This document shows positions 1-9,061 of a DNA stretch of 62,503 nt, piece after piece (positions within the stretch are counted from its first letter, which is position 1; each line of letters starts with the position of its first letter). The translations under genes and the position numbers were made by a program. The stretch is from a virus (Duplodnaviria > Caudoviricetes), in IMG/VR virus record IMGVR_UViG_3300027834_000006, positions 1 to 62,503 of that record. The stretch is one strand, 5' to 3'. Below the pieces are notes generated by a model, which saw only the letters and a list, made by a program, of their open reading frames with translations, was not told the DNA's origin and made no database searches.

Positions 1-127
1 CCGGTGGTGTCTTGAGCAATCTGACGTTATCTATGCATATTTTTGCCGGGGTATCGCCGGACGCCCTTGAATTACCCTTGAGACTGACACGGAATGTACT
101 GATAGCACTCCAACCGGTAGGGCTTCC
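1..127. repeat. 127-bp exact terminal direct repeat, left copy (circular assembly overlap)
   Basis: Bases 1-127 are identical to 62377-62503; the length equals a common assembler k-mer and an ORF reads through the junction in frame. Confidence 0.95.
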
Positions 128-1012
128 CACCAGTCTGAACCACGCTCTCTGGATTCTCATGTTGAACATCTGATTGTCCAGTGGGTTCACATTCCATTTG
201 GCATTAAACGTCGTCTGATGAGGATGAAATAAGTTCCATGTTTCCCCGCTGGGCAGTGTTGTTGTGGGTGTTGAAATAATCGTACATGAATAATAATTTG
301 TCCACCCACCTGACGTAAGATCCAGTGTTATCTCTGATATGGCATCTTTATTGAATCTGAATATATCTAAGGCAATGAAATCGGAATCCGACGCAGTAGT
401 ACCATCCTTGAAAGTGTTTAGGTTCAGTGTGGCTGATTCCATTGCCGTGATACTATATGTGAGAGTCGTGGTTTCACCATCGGTTTCCTGCGTCAAATAG
501 AGAGAGCCAGACCCTTCAAGTCTATGAAGAGGGCTCTTGTCTATACCGGCCTCACTCGTTCCCGATCCACCCTTAGTCCATTCGGCAGTCTCATCGCATC
601 TGTTTATAACACGTTCAGCATTGGGGTCGGGCAGTCCGGCTTTAAACACATAGTTCTCATCGGTATCTCCAGACGATGACCTGGGACGCAATTGCAACAC
701 ATCATGTTCGTAATTGCTGTAATACACCTTATCCAAAAACCGCACTAAGTCACCAGGTGTTATACCTGTTATTGACAAAGCTGCACTCGTTACGGCATCT
801 ATCAGGGTGGTGCTTTCCCATGTTCCACCTGAATCTTTGACAAACTTAATGATCGTTTGATTCGTGGTGGTGGATGTGTGCCCGGTAACGGCGAATAACG
901 TGTCTACATACTCAGATGCGCCACTGGCTTCGGGATAGAATTTGCTGGTATCCGTATGGTAGAACTTAAATAGAGATGTTACATCTGCGCTTGAATCGTT
1001 TATTACGCCCAT
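1..1012 (-). CDS. 5' part of tail nozzle/tubular-B (P22 gp10-like) protein spanning the circular junction
   Basis: ATG at 1012 (MGVINDSSADVTSLFKFY...) is open to base 1 and in frame with ORF 59606..62395 (position 19 = 62395; 993 nt = 331 codons), giving about 1260 aa. Missing from the ORF track. Confidence 0.8.
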   Translation of the reverse strand, partial: MGVINDSSADVTSLFKFYHTDTSKFYPEASGASEYVDTLFAVTGHTSTTTNQTIIKFVKDSGGTWESTTLIDAVTSAALSITGITPGDLVRFLDKVYYSNYEHDVLQLRPRSSSGDTDENYVFKAGLPDPNAERVINRCDETAEWTKGGSGTSEAGIDKSPLHRLEGSGSLYLTQETDGETTTLTYSITAMESATLNLNTFKDGTTASDSDFIALDIFRFNKDAISEITLDLTSGGWTNYYSCTIISTPTTTLPSGETWNLFHPHQTTFNAKWNVNPLDNQMFNMRIQRAWFRLVGSPTGWSAISTFRVSLKGNSRASGDTPAKICIDNVRLLKTPP

Positions 1013-1024
1013 GGCTATGTTATC

Positions 1025-1918
1025 CTATGGTCTGTATTCGCCTTTTCTTATCTCCGACATCTCGGCTGTAGTCAGCATGTCTTTCATGACTCCCCACTCA
1101 TCCATCAATCCATCGAAATAAGAAGAGCCACCAAATTTTCCAATAGTGAAATCAGCAGACGACGGCGACATATCGCCCGCCGCAGTATCCGTTCCCTGGT
1201 CTATCAAAGCACTTGTAGCCACATTCCATATATACATGCTCATTCTGTTGTTACTGGCCTGATATGTCGCGCACACCCAGTACCAGGTTGCCAGGGATAA
1301 CTCTGCCGTAAGCGCTAGCGTTGAAGCTGCACAACCACCATTATATCCGATCTTTAACTGACAGGTACCTGCTGACATAACAACGGTGCCGAATGTTCTG
1401 TCGGCGGTCGTTCCTCTATGTTTACAGCATAAACCCGCGTCTCCCCCCACCCTATATGATTCTATTTTGAAAAAACCGAATAGAGAGAAGTCGGTTTCTG
1501 CTTCCCCCTTTTTACCGGGAAATCCTGCATCGAGATTGGTGTCTGTTATAGTAAGATATGCGGAATCATCCCTTTCCAGATCAACCGCATAATCTCCCTC
1601 TGATACATCTGCGGTAGTATAAACAACAGTGCCACTGGACGTTAGGTGGTTACCGCCGATTGTGTCATTGGCGTTATTCTCGAATCTCCAAACCGCTACA
1701 CAGTTGGGATCTCCAGAGAAATCATTGCCTGTCGGAGCTGCCGTAATGGATCCAGTAAAAACAAACTCGGTAATTCCTTTCCTGGTTTCCAGGGATTCTT
1801 TTTCTGGTATATAGTTTTTCAATTTCTGAAAAAAACCGCTTGGCAATTGAGGCTCGGAAGCATCCCAGTCTTTATTTAGGGTATACGGTGGTGAAATATT
1901 TATGTAGTGATACTTCAT
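1025..1918 (-). CDS. LamG/concanavalin A-like virion protein with nozzle-like N-terminal segment
   Basis: CVAVWRFE start and W.W.CATY / IG...FDGLMDEW LamG-type motifs; the N-terminal ~55 aa (KNYIP..ETRKGI.EF) are shared with 1932..2810. Confidence 0.75.
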   Translation of the reverse strand: MKYHYINISPPYTLNKDWDASEPQLPSGFFQKLKNYIPEKESLETRKGITEFVFTGSITAAPTGNDFSGDPNCVAVWRFENNANDTIGGNHLTSSGTVVYTTADVSEGDYAVDLERDDSAYLTITDTNLDAGFPGKKGEAETDFSLFGFFKIESYRVGGDAGLCCKHRGTTADRTFGTVVMSAGTCQLKIGYNGGCAASTLALTAELSLATWYWVCATYQASNNRMSMYIWNVATSALIDQGTDTAAGDMSPSSADFTIGKFGGSSYFDGLMDEWGVMKDMLTTAEMSEIRKGEYRP

Positions 1919-1931
1919 TTGATTATTTTTT

Positions 1932-2810
1932 CTACAACACCCTGTTTCTAATGCTGTCTATTTTGGCTATAATATTGTCTTGTGTGGCAGGCACTCCCTT
2001 TAAAACGATATAATCATCTATTTCTGCCCTACAATTATCATACCCTATCTCAAAATAGTCCGTGTCGGATTTAAGTCCCAGTCCATACCAAGTACCCGTG
2101 TGCGTGTTGTGTTCTGCATAAGGACCATCCGTATAGCGATACAGCCTCATGCCACACGTAGATAGGTCTTGAGAGTTCCATAATCCGATATGATACCATT
2201 TTTCCGTATTCACCTTGGCCGTTGACTCAACAAATGTTGGGTCGCCACCATCGTTCTCTATACTGAACTGAAGTTTTATGCCTGATACGGCGGCTGTGAT
2301 TGATCTCAGGTTAATTGCCCCGGGCTGTCCTTCCGGCGCTTTGTTGGTAAAATAAATATGATCGCCACCCCAGTCTATATTGACCCAAAAGCAAATCATG
2401 AAGTTGCGTGATCCCACACCCGGGAAGTCGGCCCTTAAAGCGGTGTTGGCTTTACGCAGATAATTTCCGCTCCCTGTAAAAGCATCGGTGTGCATAGAAC
2501 CCGATCCTTCCATGTACGAAGCAGAAGCGGACGGGGCTCCAACTTTATCCATGTAGTCGTTGCCGTTGATCTCACAGTTTCTTAGAGTACCTGTACTTTC
2601 CATTCTCAGCCACATTACACAGTCAGGATCATCTGCTGGATTATATACACCACCTGAAAAGAAAAATTCAGAGATGCCCTTTCTTGTTTCAATTACATGC
2701 TTATTGGGAATATAGTTTTTGAACTCAGAAAAGCTTCCGGTAGGATGAGGAGAAGTGTCACTCCCCGCCTTATCTAGGGAAAAGGGCGACATGATGGGCA
2801 GGTAACTCAT
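1932..2810 (-). CDS. LamG-like virion protein, paralog of 1025..1918
   Basis: DPDCVMWLRME, KWYHIGL and AEIDDYIV motifs; shared N-terminal KNYIPNKHVIETRKGISEF. Confidence 0.7.
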   Translation of the reverse strand: MSYLPIMSPFSLDKAGSDTSPHPTGSFSEFKNYIPNKHVIETRKGISEFFFSGGVYNPADDPDCVMWLRMESTGTLRNCEINGNDYMDKVGAPSASASYMEGSGSMHTDAFTGSGNYLRKANTALRADFPGVGSRNFMICFWVNIDWGGDHIYFTNKAPEGQPGAINLRSITAAVSGIKLQFSIENDGGDPTFVESTAKVNTEKWYHIGLWNSQDLSTCGMRLYRYTDGPYAEHNTHTGTWYGLGLKSDTDYFEIGYDNCRAEIDDYIVLKGVPATQDNIIAKIDSIRNRVL

Positions 2811-2814
2811 AGGA

Positions 2815-3447
2815 TTAATCCGCCGCAGATTGGTTTGCTATGCTTTGCTTTATACTATTAACCATAAATTTGGTGGTAATAGTAGCCAGGATTCCTCCTA
2901 GTTCCTCATCATATTGCTGAGCAACCGCTCCAGCTAATTCAAAAGACCTCCGCTTCTGATATGCCTTATACGTTGCATATAAAGGTACTAGATGGTGGTA
3001 ACAGCCAGGAATGCCCAAAGTCCCTGCCGCCGTGCATCCTTGCTCAACCAGAACCAGGGGTTTAAGCGTATATATCGCAGTGGGAACTGGTGTAATTATA
3101 AACTGTCTCCCCCAGTCAGACCATTTCATCTCACTTGCATCGCCCACTCTTCCTATGAGATCAGGAGTAATGTATTGAAGAGCAATGTTCGCAGATGATA
3201 TAATGGTTTTTATGGCTATGGTCTCAATGGCTGTGGCATTATAAGTCGTGGGATATGTGTATTCGGCACAGTTAACCACAGTAGCGATAGCCGTACAGAG
3301 CACCTGACTACACATTGTCTTGAGACTGATGTCCCGTACCCCATCATCTATGAACTCGTTTATTTCTACATCCGTGAAGAAACGCGCTACGGGTTCAGCA
3401 ATCAAACTTCGTGTTCTTGAACGACATGCTGTTCTGGTAAGGCTCAT
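2815..3447 (-). CDS. head-tail adaptor / tail tubular protein A-like
   Basis: F..EINEFIDDG..DI N-terminus, EYTYP, I.PVP, and H.LV.LYA.YKAY.K helix; position before the nozzle gene. Confidence 0.6.
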   Translation of the reverse strand: MSLTRTACRSRTRSLIAEPVARFFTDVEINEFIDDGVRDISLKTMCSQVLCTAIATVVNCAEYTYPTTYNATAIETIAIKTIISSANIALQYITPDLIGRVGDASEMKWSDWGRQFIITPVPTAIYTLKPLVLVEQGCTAAGTLGIPGCYHHLVPLYATYKAYQKRRSFELAGAVAQQYDEELGGILATITTKFMVNSIKQSIANQSAAD

Positions 3448-3458
3448 GTTTGTTCTCG

Positions 3459-4379
3459 TTAGCTATCTGCGGGATCATGAGAAACCATCCACTTTTGACC
3501 CCTATGATGAGACGATGAAGTATTATCGGTAACATACCTGCTACGATTTCTTTTTCTATCATCTTGATCTATGGCAATTCTCAATAATTCCCCCAATGTA
3601 CTCGATGAGGCCGCCAGCATATCCACTGAAACGACTCCGGGGTTGAGAAGATGTTTTCTTTTCATGAGTTCAACTTCTGCATAACCCATAATAAGAGTAG
3701 AATCAAGAAGAGGGTAAGAAGTGGCAGTGAGAGTTTCGGTTCTCTTATTCCCCCTTCCCCTGATCTCGTACACATCATCTATGCGTGCCGGATAGAGCTG
3801 TATCAATGTAACATGTGCAGAATTCATTCCCGCGCTTCTCCACTTTGAGGGCTCACCCTCTGATCTCAGATCGGGGTCTCTCCGCTCAAAATCTATGGTG
3901 TCCATCTCTTCAAGGAAACTGTCGTGCATTAGCCTGACAACTGACTCTACGCCGCTCTCTATGGCATAGATATGCTTGAACACCACATACCCATCGCCTG
4001 CTGTTGCGGCAGCAGTAGTGGTTTTGCCTAGATAATTTCCTGTCAGAGTTATCAATACTGACGTGGAGGCCGTGATACTATAATATGATGCTTCCTCATC
4101 CTTCTTAACAAACATCCCGGCGAATCCATCGCTTATTCCGGCACTCCAACCGGCACACGTAGATGCTGTGATTTCTGTGGAACCGTTTGTGAAATTCGCA
4201 CCACCGGAAGAAACAGATTGCTTGGTAACAAAATTAAACTCTGTTTCCAGGTCAGACCAATGGCGCATCCTGCCCAAGTCATTATATGCCCTGTTAATAG
4301 CCGATGATACCGCAGTAGGATTAAACCCCGGAATCCATGCCATTAATTCGTTTCGCATTTCTGCTAATGTCAGATACAT
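3459..4379 (-). CDS. second adaptor-like protein with inserted beta-rich domain
   Basis: TLAEMR..INRAYNDL...HW N-terminus, GEPSKW, IQLYP; Thr/Ala-rich insertion (GANFTNGSTEITAS). Confidence 0.55.
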   Translation of the reverse strand: MYLTLAEMRNELMAWIPGFNPTAVSSAINRAYNDLGRMRHWSDLETEFNFVTKQSVSSGGANFTNGSTEITASTCAGWSAGISDGFAGMFVKKDEEASYYSITASTSVLITLTGNYLGKTTTAAATAGDGYVVFKHIYAIESGVESVVRLMHDSFLEEMDTIDFERRDPDLRSEGEPSKWRSAGMNSAHVTLIQLYPARIDDVYEIRGRGNKRTETLTATSYPLLDSTLIMGYAEVELMKRKHLLNPGVVSVDMLAASSSTLGELLRIAIDQDDRKRNRSRYVTDNTSSSHHRGQKWMVSHDPADS

Positions 4380-4591
4380 TATTTTTTCTTCTTTTTTGAA
4401 TCAGAAACCATTAACGGAAGTATTGCCAAAACCAGTGCCACAAAACATTCTACGACTTCATTGAAATCAAGCTTGTCATCGTTGTTCTTTTTTTCGTTCA
4501 GACATGATATGAAATTCATAACCGCCTTTATAACCGGATCACCCATGCCTATAAAATCACCTAAACCCATGCTAATCACCTCCTTGTCCAT
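4379..4591 (-). CDS. small membrane protein, possible holin
   Basis: One hydrophobic helix followed by a KKKKK tail; GGAGG RBS near internal ATG. Confidence 0.4.
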   Translation of the reverse strand: MDKEVISMGLGDFIGMGDPVIKAVMNFISCLNEKKNNDDKLDFNEVVECFVALVLAILPLMVSDSKKKKK

Positions 4592-4601
4592 ATATGTATT
4601 T

Positions 4602-4892
4602 CTATAGTTTATTTATTTCCAGTTTTCCGCTGCTCATTGTCTGAAGATATAGATCGATAAAAGTTCCTGGTTGTGGGAATATCGTCATATCTATCCCGCT
4701 TTTCCCCTTCCTGCGACAAATGATACTGGCCTCTGCGGAACTGCTGTCCTTTGAAAGTATGAGATCTGAACTATCCGCCGTAATATCGCACCATACTATG
4801 GACTGATAGGATAGGCAATGTCCTTTACAAATCCATGTTTCGGCGGCTGTTTCTCTTATGGGATTGCCTGACGGTTCTACTTTGGTAGCCAT
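4602..4892 (-). CDS. hypothetical virion-region protein
   Basis: 96-aa ORF with GGGAG RBS inside the structural operon. Confidence 0.55.
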   Translation of the reverse strand: MATKVEPSGNPIRETAAETWICKGHCLSYQSIVWCDITADSSDLILSKDSSSAEASIICRRKGKSGIDMTIFPQPGTFIDLYLQTMSSGKLEINKL

Positions 4893-4903
4893 TATGTTTC
4901 TCC

Positions 4904-5695
4904 CTATCCTCCCATTGCAAAAGACAATCCAGTGTTCAAGCCCAACCCGAGATTGCCTCCCTCATTATAATTGTAAGTTCCTTTTCTGACTTTTTCAATA
5001 TCACCTATTGATTTTTTAACATTCCAGACAACCACTTCGTCGAGATATGCGTTTGCGTGAAGGCCGGGATTGCCGGTAGCACCTAGAGACACCGACGCGG
5101 ATTCCAGTGAAATTGTTTCCGCGAAAGTTCCGGTCAATGGGGCGCCCAAGGCCGCGCTAGCGTTGTCGTCGTAAACACAAATAAAATAAGTTTTATCAGA
5201 TGCTCTGTAACCAAAACCCACATGATACCAATTAGTGGCATCACAACTAACTGAAAAATAATCGCTTTCACTAGATGCCCCGCCATTATATCCTATAAAT
5301 ATAGATATCTTGTCGCTTGTTGCTTCACCTCTAATCATCAAAGTGCGACCATTAAATGAATAGTCATACTTACATAACAACGCATAATTCTTGACAGCCA
5401 CGCTTGGTTTAACGTCAAAATAACACCAGAAACACCCTGAAATATCCGTTCGTGTGCTTGTTCCGTCAGATTGTTTGAGGGGAAATCCCGTATCTAGCGC
5501 AGTATCGGCAATATGCATATAGTCGGAATTCGCCCGAATAAACCTGGCGGACTGATTGCCTTCTTTCTTGATGATAAGTTCTGGGTCGGCACCGACGTTG
5601 GTCAGAGTGTTCGTTCCCTTGGAATCATCCGTGATCCCGGCTGTCTCAAATCTCCATACCGCAACACAATTATTGTCGTGAGAAAAATCATTCAT
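4904..5695 (-). CDS. LamG-like protein, third paralog
   Basis: DNNCVAVWRFE, NWYHVGF and YLDEVVVW; strong similarity to 1025..1918 (D..LD.GFP, IGYNGG, RKG.Y). Confidence 0.75.
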   Translation of the reverse strand: MNDFSHDNNCVAVWRFETAGITDDSKGTNTLTNVGADPELIIKKEGNQSARFIRANSDYMHIADTALDTGFPLKQSDGTSTRTDISGCFWCYFDVKPSVAVKNYALLCKYDYSFNGRTLMIRGEATSDKISIFIGYNGGASSESDYFSVSCDATNWYHVGFGYRASDKTYFICVYDDNASAALGAPLTGTFAETISLESASVSLGATGNPGLHANAYLDEVVVWNVKKSIGDIEKVRKGTYNYNEGGNLGLGLNTGLSFAMGG

Positions 5696-6090
5696 TAGCT
5701 ATTCTCGAAATCTTTTGCCACCTGTGGATCGCCTCCACAGAAAGAAGTTTGCTCAATGTTTTGTCCATTTCTTCTTCTGATGGTGACTTTGTATGCCCGT
5801 TTCTCTGCATGAGCTGCATAACCACCTTGAGCGCTGTTTACAAATATAGACTGTCCTATTATGATCTGAGTGTCTTTTGCAGTGGGAATAAAGGGTATAT
5901 TGTTTTGATGACCCGAATCACGTTTTCCAATGAATCTTGGTAATCTCGTTATTTTGTTGTCAGAACCTTCAGAGGGGAGAAGTCGCGGAATGGGGCCATC
6001 GGTTTCAAAATATTTTCCGTATTGAGCAAAATAAGCATCCTGCAAATTCCTAATATTCAAAATATCATCTTCTATCCCTTTGTCTGCCAT
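5695..6090 (-). CDS. hypothetical protein
   Basis: Likely start ATG 6090 (MADKGIED) overlaps the upstream stop (TAATG coupling). Confidence 0.55.
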   Translation of the reverse strand: MADKGIEDDILNIRNLQDAYFAQYGKYFETDGPIPRLLPSEGSDNKITRLPRFIGKRDSGHQNNIPFIPTAKDTQIIIGQSIFVNSAQGGYAAHAEKRAYKVTIRRRNGQNIEQTSFCGGDPQVAKDFENS

Positions 6091-6446
6091 TATTCCTTCT
6101 CCACAATTCCTAATCCGTCTACGCATCCTGGCTGAATAGAATCTTTGTCGAAAAAGAGCGGCTCGCATAAATCGCTTTCGTTCGCACTCTGATCATAGGC
6201 CGAAACAGCTATATAGCTTTCATTGGGTATAACGCCGGTGAGATCTTGCTCAACATTCAAGCCGCAATCAATCCGTTGATCATTGGAAAACTCCTGGGCT
6301 TCGCCTCTCCAGTAAAAAAAATAACCAGCCAGATCAGTTTCCGTGTTAGCATTCCATACTGCCTTCCAGGTCGCAGTACTTGGCAACCCGAACACCTGTG
6401 ATGCAAAAAGTAAAACCATCGCCATTACAATCAAAAATCTTTTCAC
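6090..6446 (-). CDS. exported fibronectin type III-like protein
   Basis: Sec signal peptide (MKRFLIVMAMVLLFASQVFG); WNANTETDLAGY and AVSAYD..NES FN3 motifs. Confidence 0.7.
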   Translation of the reverse strand: MKRFLIVMAMVLLFASQVFGLPSTATWKAVWNANTETDLAGYFFYWRGEAQEFSNDQRIDCGLNVEQDLTGVIPNESYIAVSAYDQSANESDLCEPLFFDKDSIQPGCVDGLGIVEKE

Positions 6447-6487
6447 GTTTGCTCCTTTATATTATTTTTATTCAATAAATCAGTTAC

Positions 6488-6736
6488 TTACTTCCAGACT
6501 TTAACCACAAAAGCAACAACACCTGCCCATGCCAATACCACAAGAGTTCCTACCACTTTTATCCTTCCCAGAATCACGTCATGTTCACAGATAATTGTTT
6601 CTGCCTTTGCTATGCGTTTGGCTTGCGAATTCATCAGTTCTTTCAAGTCGTCAAAACGACGGAGATTTTCTTCATGATTGGCAGTGATTAGTCTCTCTAG
6701 TCCATTCATATGCGTAGGGTGTTTGCCTCCGATCAT
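6488..6736 (-). CDS. coiled-coil protein with C-terminal TM helix, possible holin
   Basis: Coiled coil followed by a single C-terminal hydrophobic helix. Confidence 0.45.
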   Translation of the reverse strand: MIGGKHPTHMNGLERLITANHEENLRRFDDLKELMNSQAKRIAKAETIICEHDVILGRIKVVGTLVVLAWAGVVAFVVKVWK

Positions 6737-7179
6737 TCAATGAAGTGAACGAAAAGCTTCCCCGCTGTGGTAGATACGGTGAAAGCTGCCGTAAGAGTCA
6801 ACTCAATACTTTTACCGGCGCCAAGATCCAAGACTTTTTTCTTTTCAGTGGAAAGTGCGGATACCTCTACATTGGTATAAGAACCGGCGGCAGTAGAAGA
6901 TTTTGCCTGGATTAAAACACTACTGGCCGTATCCTGAACGGTGACAGTTTGATCGACAGTATTGGCAGCCGTAAGTTGCATTATAACATCCAATATTGTC
7001 ACGGCAGCCGTGCCAGTCCAAGTCAGCAGTACGGAAACACCAGCCGTTACCGCCACTGTCGGGATAGTCGTCTTTGACCACCTGCCGACCGACAATGCCA
7101 TTTTATCAGTTGTTATGGCGCAGGCACCTATATCGGTCGCAGTGGCCGTAACATCTGCTATTAATTCTTTGATTCCCAT
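6733..7179 (-). CDS. Thr/Ala-rich virion (head fiber/decoration) protein
   Basis: Follows the capsid genes; GACAITTDKMA resembles short fiber repeats; beta-rich C-terminus. Confidence 0.5.
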   Translation of the reverse strand: MGIKELIADVTATATDIGACAITTDKMALSVGRWSKTTIPTVAVTAGVSVLLTWTGTAAVTILDVIMQLTAANTVDQTVTVQDTASSVLIQAKSSTAAGSYTNVEVSALSTEKKKVLDLGAGKSIELTLTAAFTVSTTAGKLFVHFIE

Positions 7180-7290
7180 ATTGATTCCTCCAGAAAAACA
7201 CTATAGGGTATCAGTGCATGCTGACCGGATCGCACAAAGAATTTATTGCACGACCCGGTAGCATTTCCCGGTCAGGGGAGGGGATACACA

Positions 7291-8019
7291 CTATAGTTTA
7301 AAATCACAAATACCAAAACCACTTGCACTTGCAGTTGCCCTACATGCGCCAACCAATTCATCGGTGATTGCAGCAGCAGGCATCGCGGTTCCAGCAGCGC
7401 TACCCGCAGCCAACTGACATCCTACTACCCAGGTACCCTCAGTATCTACAGGCCATTCGCCTTTCTTGCCAAGATATGTGTAGTAGTTGGCCGATGCGCT
7501 ACAAAGAGCCACACCCACTACAGGTCCTGTTTGAGCAGCACAATCAGTGGTGGGGCCTACTCCGTTACATTTATTTTTCAATAACGTGCAAAGGGATGCC
7601 GTGGTGAGCGCAACTTCGACACCGTCTTTAAGTGTCAGCTTCAGATCTGCCGATGCCGCAGCGGATGGATGACCGGCAATCATGTAGCTATATCCGGTTC
7701 CAGCTCCACACTCTACGACCAAAAGACCATTCTTGTATAAATCTTTAGCAGCGGCAGTGGCTCCCAGGGTAACCGTGATGGACTTATCGCTGACGGAAGC
7801 GGTTACAGAAACCGCCGTCCTTCCATGATTTGCCACAGCAGCAGGCCCTTGGCATAATTGACCAATAGTAACAGCGGTTGTTACTTTGCAATATATAACT
7901 TCTCTATCATACGCCAGTGGTTTCACGGAACCCACGATAGTGGTGGCGGCTGATTTACTTTCACGGATACCCTGAACAGAAATTTTAGGGTGTCCACCTT
8001 CGGTTAGAACTCTATCCAT
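7291..8019 (-). CDS. capsid decoration/cement protein
   Basis: Directly after the major capsid gene; Ala/Thr/Gly-rich; GGGAGG RBS. Confidence 0.55.
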   Translation of the reverse strand: MDRVLTEGGHPKISVQGIRESKSAATTIVGSVKPLAYDREVIYCKVTTAVTIGQLCQGPAAVANHGRTAVSVTASVSDKSITVTLGATAAAKDLYKNGLLVVECGAGTGYSYMIAGHPSAAASADLKLTLKDGVEVALTTASLCTLLKNKCNGVGPTTDCAAQTGPVVGVALCSASANYYTYLGKKGEWPVDTEGTWVVGCQLAAGSAAGTAMPAAAITDELVGACRATASASGFGICDFKL

Positions 8020-8098
8020 TGTAAAAACCTCCCATATACGTTATGAGCAACCTTAGAGGGCCAGTGGGCCTGACCCCAGGAGGGCTGCAAGATTATTG

Positions 8099-9034
8099 TT
8101 AAGAAATATTCTGAATCTGCTCGAAATACCGGGGTGCTTTGCATATCAAATTACCCATCCAATAGAATCTCCCGGTCTGAGCATCTTCGTCGAGATGCGG
8201 CATGAAATCCTGCCAGTGCATATTCCTCTCTGTATGAACGACAAACTCCAAGAACTCGGTATTGACAAAAAATGCAAGACCTGTATCAAGATCATCGTCC
8301 ACCAGAACCATAGCCTCATTGAACTCAATGCCACTAAAGCCCAAGGCTCTCAGGTCGGCATGAGCATCAGACTGATTATATCTTTGCTGAGGGGTCATCT
8401 TCCCCCACATGGAATTATATACCGCTTGTGTGGTCATGATCATATCGGGGTGTTTATTGTTTTTGGAGCAATTACCATACGCGGTCTGAAACATGCTATT
8501 GCTATATACCCCGCCGGTAGCGTCGAGATTGGCCTTCGCCCATGTATCGGTAGAGCGGGTTATGTTGCCGTAGGTTGCGTAGTTTGTACCGTCATCACAA
8601 ATGGCCGGAAGACCGTCAATCTGCCCATCTTCTCCGCCACTTCTCATGCCATCGTTTAAGATCTTGGACATGGTTTCTCTACCGTTGTCCATCTTATCTT
8701 CCACAATATTGCGGATCTTATTGCTCCCGAGCGCAATTGCTTCAGTCCAGCCATCAACAGTAACATCCACATATGCCTGCTTCCAGTCGTGGATATACTC
8801 CTTGACAGTTTCTTTCTGTACCGTACTGAACTTGGCTCCTCTTTCGTAAAAACCACCAGGCAGATGCGCATACCTAGCTCCGGTCCTGATATGCTCTCCA
8901 GAATCGGCGAAGTACTTATCCTTGCCTTCGATCCGGGCAAGAATAGCATTGTTCATTATTATCTGGGACTCGATCTTCGTCAGAACTTCATCGCGGACGA
9001 AAGCATCGAGTTCAGTTGTGTTTAACAGGCTCAT
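8099..9034 (-). CDS. major capsid protein (HK97 fold)
   Basis: 311 aa after the scaffold; IDGLPAI..YGNITRS, PDMIMTT, LGFSGIEF, FFVNTEFL and WMGNL motifs typical of this MCP class. Confidence 0.85.
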   Translation of the reverse strand: MSLLNTTELDAFVRDEVLTKIESQIIMNNAILARIEGKDKYFADSGEHIRTGARYAHLPGGFYERGAKFSTVQKETVKEYIHDWKQAYVDVTVDGWTEAIALGSNKIRNIVEDKMDNGRETMSKILNDGMRSGGEDGQIDGLPAICDDGTNYATYGNITRSTDTWAKANLDATGGVYSNSMFQTAYGNCSKNNKHPDMIMTTQAVYNSMWGKMTPQQRYNQSDAHADLRALGFSGIEFNEAMVLVDDDLDTGLAFFVNTEFLEFVVHTERNMHWQDFMPHLDEDAQTGRFYWMGNLICKAPRYFEQIQNIS

Positions 9035-9061
9035 TTCTATATTCCTCCAAAGAAAAGCGAA

